A stretch of 64,000 bases of DNA, taken from NCBI GenBank assembly GCA_047639625.1, contig JBLIOG010000001.1:169-64168 (forward strand), written 5' to 3'. Origin of the DNA: Gammaproteobacteria bacterium. GTDB taxonomy: Bacteria > Pseudomonadota > Gammaproteobacteria > GCA-001735895. A program made the position numbers and the translations under genes. Below, piece by piece: positions 60,672 through 64,000 of the stretch (position 1 is the first letter of the stretch; the number at the start of each line of letters is the position of its first letter). Below the pieces are notes generated by a model. That model ran no database searches. It was not told the DNA's origin and saw only the letters and a list, made by a program, of their open reading frames with translations.

Positions 60672-61343
60672 ATGCAACCCCAAGCTGATCCTTTTATCGT
60701 ACCTGCTTGTTACGAGGACATTGAGATTATGTTCCAGGATGAGCACCTGCTGCTGATAAATAAGCCGGCGGGATTGTTGAGCCTGTCGGGCAAACATCCG
60801 CTCAATAAGGATTCAGTACATTTTCGTCTGGTGCATGATTTCCCAACAGCAACGATGTTGCATCGGTTAGATTTTGGTACCTCAGGCATTATGGTGGTAG
60901 CGTTGAATAAGCAGATAAACGCACACATCAGCAAACAGTTTCAGGCGCGCAGTGTTGATAAGCACTATACCGCGTTATTGCATGGCCATCTTGCCGATGA
61001 TGAAGGCGTGATTGAATTCCCTATAGCGAAGGATAAGCCTAACTTCCCCCTGCAAAAAATCTGCTTTGAGACCGGTAAAGCTGCGCTGACGAATTATCAG
61101 GTAGTCGAACGACTGACTGAGCCTGTTACGACTAAAGTCACCTTTACGCCCGTCACAGGACGTACACATCAATTGCGTATTCACAGTCAGCAAATCGGGC
61201 ACCCTATTTTGGGGTGTGATTTGTATGCCACAGATGAAGCGTTTTTAATGGCGCAGCGTTTGATGTTGCATGCAACGATTCTCGATTTTGATCATCCCGT
61301 GACGGGACAGAGATTGAAGAGCGTTTGTCCCTGCCCATTTTAG
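60672..61343 (+). CDS. RluA-family pseudouridine synthase
   Basis: Catalytic motif HRLDFGTSGIMVVA. 223 aa. Confidence 0.85.
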   Translation: MQPQADPFIVPACYEDIEIMFQDEHLLLINKPAGLLSLSGKHPLNKDSVHFRLVHDFPTATMLHRLDFGTSGIMVVALNKQINAHISKQFQARSVDKHYTALLHGHLADDEGVIEFPIAKDKPNFPLQKICFETGKAALTNYQVVERLTEPVTTKVTFTPVTGRTHQLRIHSQQIGHPILGCDLYATDEAFLMAQRLMLHATILDFDHPVTGQRLKSVCPCPF

Positions 61344-61374
61344 CCAGAAAAATAGTGATTTTTTCATAGGTGCT

Positions 61375-61600
61375 AGCGATCCGCGTCCCGCAAGCACCGC
61401 CGGGACGACTGTATGTAGGCATCGGTTCAGCGCTCCGAAGATAGAGCACCCAGAGTAGGCACTTCCAGGCGATGCATGGAGCAATTGCCGAGAACCTGAG
61501 TGTGCATAAATCACATGAGCAAGACCAGGCTGGCTTAGTAGTTTGCATCTGCCAGCAATGAGCACCCTGAGGCGAAGCCATAACCATGTCAGGTCATAGC
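61375..61600. repeat. Repeat family 2 (REP-like) copy between convergent rluA-family and modF-like genes
   Basis: GCGCTCCGAAGATAGAGCACCCAGAGTAGGCACTTCCAGGCGATGCATGGAGCAATTGCCGAGAACCTG aligns with 21640-21745. A second AGAGCACC-like motif lies at 61565. A palindrome CGTCCCG...CGGGACG sits at 61382-61405. Confidence 0.5.
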
Positions 61601-63001
61601 TAAATGGTTTTGAATACCTCGAATGCTGTCTTCACTGCGATGATTGACATAAAGCACGGTAGTCTCAATGCCTTCACAAATTTTTTCGATCAACGCTAAT
61701 ACCAGTTGTCGATTCAAGTCATCTAACCCTAAACAGGGTTCATCCAGAATTAATAATGAGGGATGCTTTACCATCGCTCGCGCTATCAATATCAAACGCT
61801 GATCACCAAAGGATAATTGGTTAAATGGTTCGTCTGCGCGACGGCTCATGCCAAGCAACGCCAACCACTGATCTGCAATACTTTTTTGCTCGTCGGTATA
61901 TTGTTGATAAATACCGATGCTGTCGTAAAAACCCGAGATAATCGCATTACGCACACTCACGGTGACACGGTATTCCCATTGCAATGCACTAGACACATAA
62001 CCCAGATGCTGTTTGATTTGCCAAATACTTTCGCCATTGCCTCGCTGCATGCCAAAAACAAAAATATCATTGATATAACATTGTGGGTGGTCGCCAGTAA
62101 TCAAATTCAGCAAACAGGTTTTACCACTGCCATTGGGGCCAGTGACCTGCCAATGCTCACCTGCTTCGATAGTCCAGTCGAGATCAGAAAATATAACACT
62201 ATCACCATAAGCTACTCGTACCTGACGCATGCGCACCAATGGCTGCGTTTTATCGAGCGCGACCGGTTGCTGATTTTCTGCTGCGGCCGGCACTGATAAG
62301 TCGGTTGTTTTAAGATGCATAAGTTGAGTCAAATTGTTCATCGCAGCGACATCGTTGCTATCAATCTGGAGTTCTAGCACTGCATTGTTAGCGTAGGCAA
62401 TATGACTGATAAAGTCCGGTATTTCATCTAACCGATTCAACACCATCACAATGGGCGTATGCTGTGCGATCTCTTCGAGAAGTTGCTGCAAGTAAAGACT
62501 GGAGTCTGCATCAAGTCCTTCGAAAGGCTCATCCAAAATCAGCAATTGTGCCTGGCTGGTTAATGCTCTGATTAACATTAACTTACGCGACTCACCAGAT
62601 GATAATTTACGAAACTCTCGGTCCAGTAAACCATCGAAATTAAATGCCTTTATTAACCTTTGCTGTAACGCCTGATCGGCACAGGTTTGATCGATTAACT
62701 CGCGAACCGGCGTACCAATTGCGATCACATCTAACAAATCCGCATCATCTTTTTTAAGCTCTGCTTCGATTAATTCAGCCTGGGCTTCGAATGATGCAAT
62801 CGCCACTTGTTGTGGCAAACCAATAATTTCGCCTTCAATAATATCTCCAGCGCCTGTTAATATTGCCGCCAATGCCGACTTACCCGAGCCATTGGTGCCA
62901 ACGATTGCCCAGTGTTGTTCTGAGGTGATTTCCCAGTTAATCGAGTTCAGACTAAAGTAGGCCTCAAACTGAACACTGAGATTTGAGAGGGTGACCTTCA
63001 T
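61589..63001 (-). CDS. ABC transporter ATP-binding protein with duplicated ATPase domains (ModF-like)
   Basis: Two Walker A sites (GTNGSGKS, GPNGSGKT) and two signature motifs. 470 aa. Confidence 0.75.
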   Translation of the reverse strand: MKVTLSNLSVQFEAYFSLNSINWEITSEQHWAIVGTNGSGKSALAAILTGAGDIIEGEIIGLPQQVAIASFEAQAELIEAELKKDDADLLDVIAIGTPVRELIDQTCADQALQQRLIKAFNFDGLLDREFRKLSSGESRKLMLIRALTSQAQLLILDEPFEGLDADSSLYLQQLLEEIAQHTPIVMVLNRLDEIPDFISHIAYANNAVLELQIDSNDVAAMNNLTQLMHLKTTDLSVPAAAENQQPVALDKTQPLVRMRQVRVAYGDSVIFSDLDWTIEAGEHWQVTGPNGSGKTCLLNLITGDHPQCYINDIFVFGMQRGNGESIWQIKQHLGYVSSALQWEYRVTVSVRNAIISGFYDSIGIYQQYTDEQKSIADQWLALLGMSRRADEPFNQLSFGDQRLILIARAMVKHPSLLILDEPCLGLDDLNRQLVLALIEKICEGIETTVLYVNHRSEDSIRGIQNHLAMT

Positions 63002-63247
63002 GATATTTCTATCGCTAACTTAAAGAGGGCGTGATTATCCCCAATGCGAAAATTGCTGCAACAGCTTGATTAGCTTTATTGAGCGGCTAGAGTTTGGTGT
63101 GTCATTAAATATGAATTATTAAACGCTCAATTAGGTAAGAATATTGAATCGACAAATGAGTACAATTGCGGACATTCCTGTCATTCATAAAGATAGGTTT
63201 TAAGCATTCTGTCACCCGAACTCGACAATTGTCTGATTCATTTGGCA

Positions 63248-64000
63248 CTAAAATAGCAAGACAGTAGCTAACCCGAGAAACGCAAAAAAGCCTATGGCAT
63301 CGGTCGCTGTTGTCAGCACTACGCCACCCGCCAATGCTGGATCAATACCCATCCGTTTTAATATCAACGGAATAAATGTTCCAACTAAGGCACCGGTAAA
63401 AATCACGATCAACATAGCTGCGCCAAAAACCAGTCCCAGCATCAGATCATTAAACCAATAGTACGCAATCGCGGCGACCACAGCGGCCCAAAAGAGTCCA
63501 TTGAAACCACCGATTGTGAGCTCATGGGCAGCCAATTTCCATATATTACGTCGGCCAATTTGATCCAATGCCATCCCTCGCGTCACCAGCGTTAGTGTTT
63601 GGCTTCCAGCCACACCACCCATACTGGCAACCACCGGCATCAGCACTGCCAGCGCTACCATTTTCTCAATAGACCCTCCAAATAAAGCGATCACCCACGC
63701 CGCCACAAAGGCGGTCAGTAGATTAATGCCAAGCCATACAGCACGACGCACAGAACTATTGATGACCGGCGCAAACATATCCTCATGCTGATCTAAGCCG
63801 GCACGCCCCAATACCTCACGATCAGCTCGGTCACGCATCACATTGATAACATCATCAACGGTTATCCGCCCCACTAGATAACCTTTATCATCAATCACTG
63901 GGGCTGACAGCAGATCCTGATCTTCAAAGATTCGCGCCACTTCAAGAGCCGAAGTCAAAGGCGTAATACCCACAACGTTACTAATCATGACGTCACTCAC
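63248..64000 (-). CDS. mgtE: Magnesium transporter MgtE (C-terminal CBS + membrane domain; 5' part beyond window)
   Basis: CBS-pair sequence followed by five TM helices with conserved D/N residues. ORF open to the window edge. Confidence 0.85.
   Translation of the reverse strand: MSDVMISNVVGITPLTSALEVARIFEDQDLLSAPVIDDKGYLVGRITVDDVINVMRDRADREVLGRAGLDQHEDMFAPVINSSVRRAVWLGINLLTAFVAAWVIALFGGSIEKMVALAVLMPVVASMGGVAGSQTLTLVTRGMALDQIGRRNIWKLAAHELTIGGFNGLFWAAVVAAIAYYWFNDLMLGLVFGAAMLIVIFTGALVGTFIPLILKRMGIDPALAGGVVLTTATDAIGFFAFLGLATVLLF

Noticed and set aside
1-64000. CRISPR arrays, tRNA, rRNA and tmRNA genes
   Set aside because: No regularly spaced direct repeats and no tRNA-like T-arm/acceptor motifs. 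I specifically checked the GC-rich non-coding block at 37940-38300 for tmRNA, RNase P and SRP RNA motifs and found none that was convincing.

Overview
This 64-kb window looks like proteobacterial chromosome, probably marine given the osmolyte, DMSP-like, ugp and pot content, with mid-range GC and at least one low-GC stretch. It is dominated by catabolic and transport operons.

Gene content, in order:
- A heterotetrameric sarcosine oxidase operon, soxB (5' truncated by the window edge), soxD, soxA and soxG (1-4061).
- A module of an AstE/AspA-family deacylase, a HisC-like aminotransferase and a split TPP decarboxylase of the ComD/ComE sulfopyruvate-decarboxylase type (4034-7612).
- A LysR regulator and a VanA-like Rieske oxygenase, then a four-gene polar amino-acid ABC transporter (7587-13184).
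- An amidase-signature enzyme co-operonic with a DUF1116/YlbE-like protein, and a trimethylamine/dimethylamine-dehydrogenase-family flavoprotein (13447-18706).
- A roughly 10-kb minus-strand operon (24923-34991) under a divergent LysR: PhzF-like, DadA-like FAD oxidoreductase, formylglycine-type sulfatase, an M24 protein that resembles DMSP lyase DddP, a dimethylglycine-dehydrogenase-family enzyme, an FAD/NAD(P)-binding oxidoreductase and a class-V aminotransferase.
- A truncated MCP, a YbaK-type deacylase and an ATP-grasp-like protein (36100-39626), then a low-GC, gene-decay island carrying an intact sbmA/bacA peptide importer (39660-47150).
- ugpBAEC plus glpQ (47156-52629), a LuxR regulator, a pot-like ABC system with a Tat-signal binding protein, RluA, a ModF-like double ABC ATPase and a 5'-truncated mgtE (54370-64000).

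What the gene calls do not explain:
1. Repeat family 1 is a three-copy, MITE-like intergenic element (215-360 bp) that in two copies has terminal inverted repeats. It also carries a conserved SD-preceded small ORF (MEYSHHLGAEKC...).
2. Repeat family 2 is REP-like and GC-rich, with three copies, one nested inside a family-1 copy. A remnant of a Y1 (IS200/RAYT-like) transposase lies elsewhere in the window.
3. Pseudogene density is unusually high: a secreted beta-repeat protein, an ABC exporter C-terminus, a FadH-like flavoprotein paralog, an MCP, a PhyH dioxygenase, an SDR and acyltransferase-3 fragments.

The best candidate for an undescribed system is the long LysR-controlled sulfatase/DddP-like/DMGDH-like operon. 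It has the shape of a catabolic pathway for an unidentified sulfated, methylated or sulfonium osmolyte. I found no CRISPR array and no convincing tRNA or rRNA.
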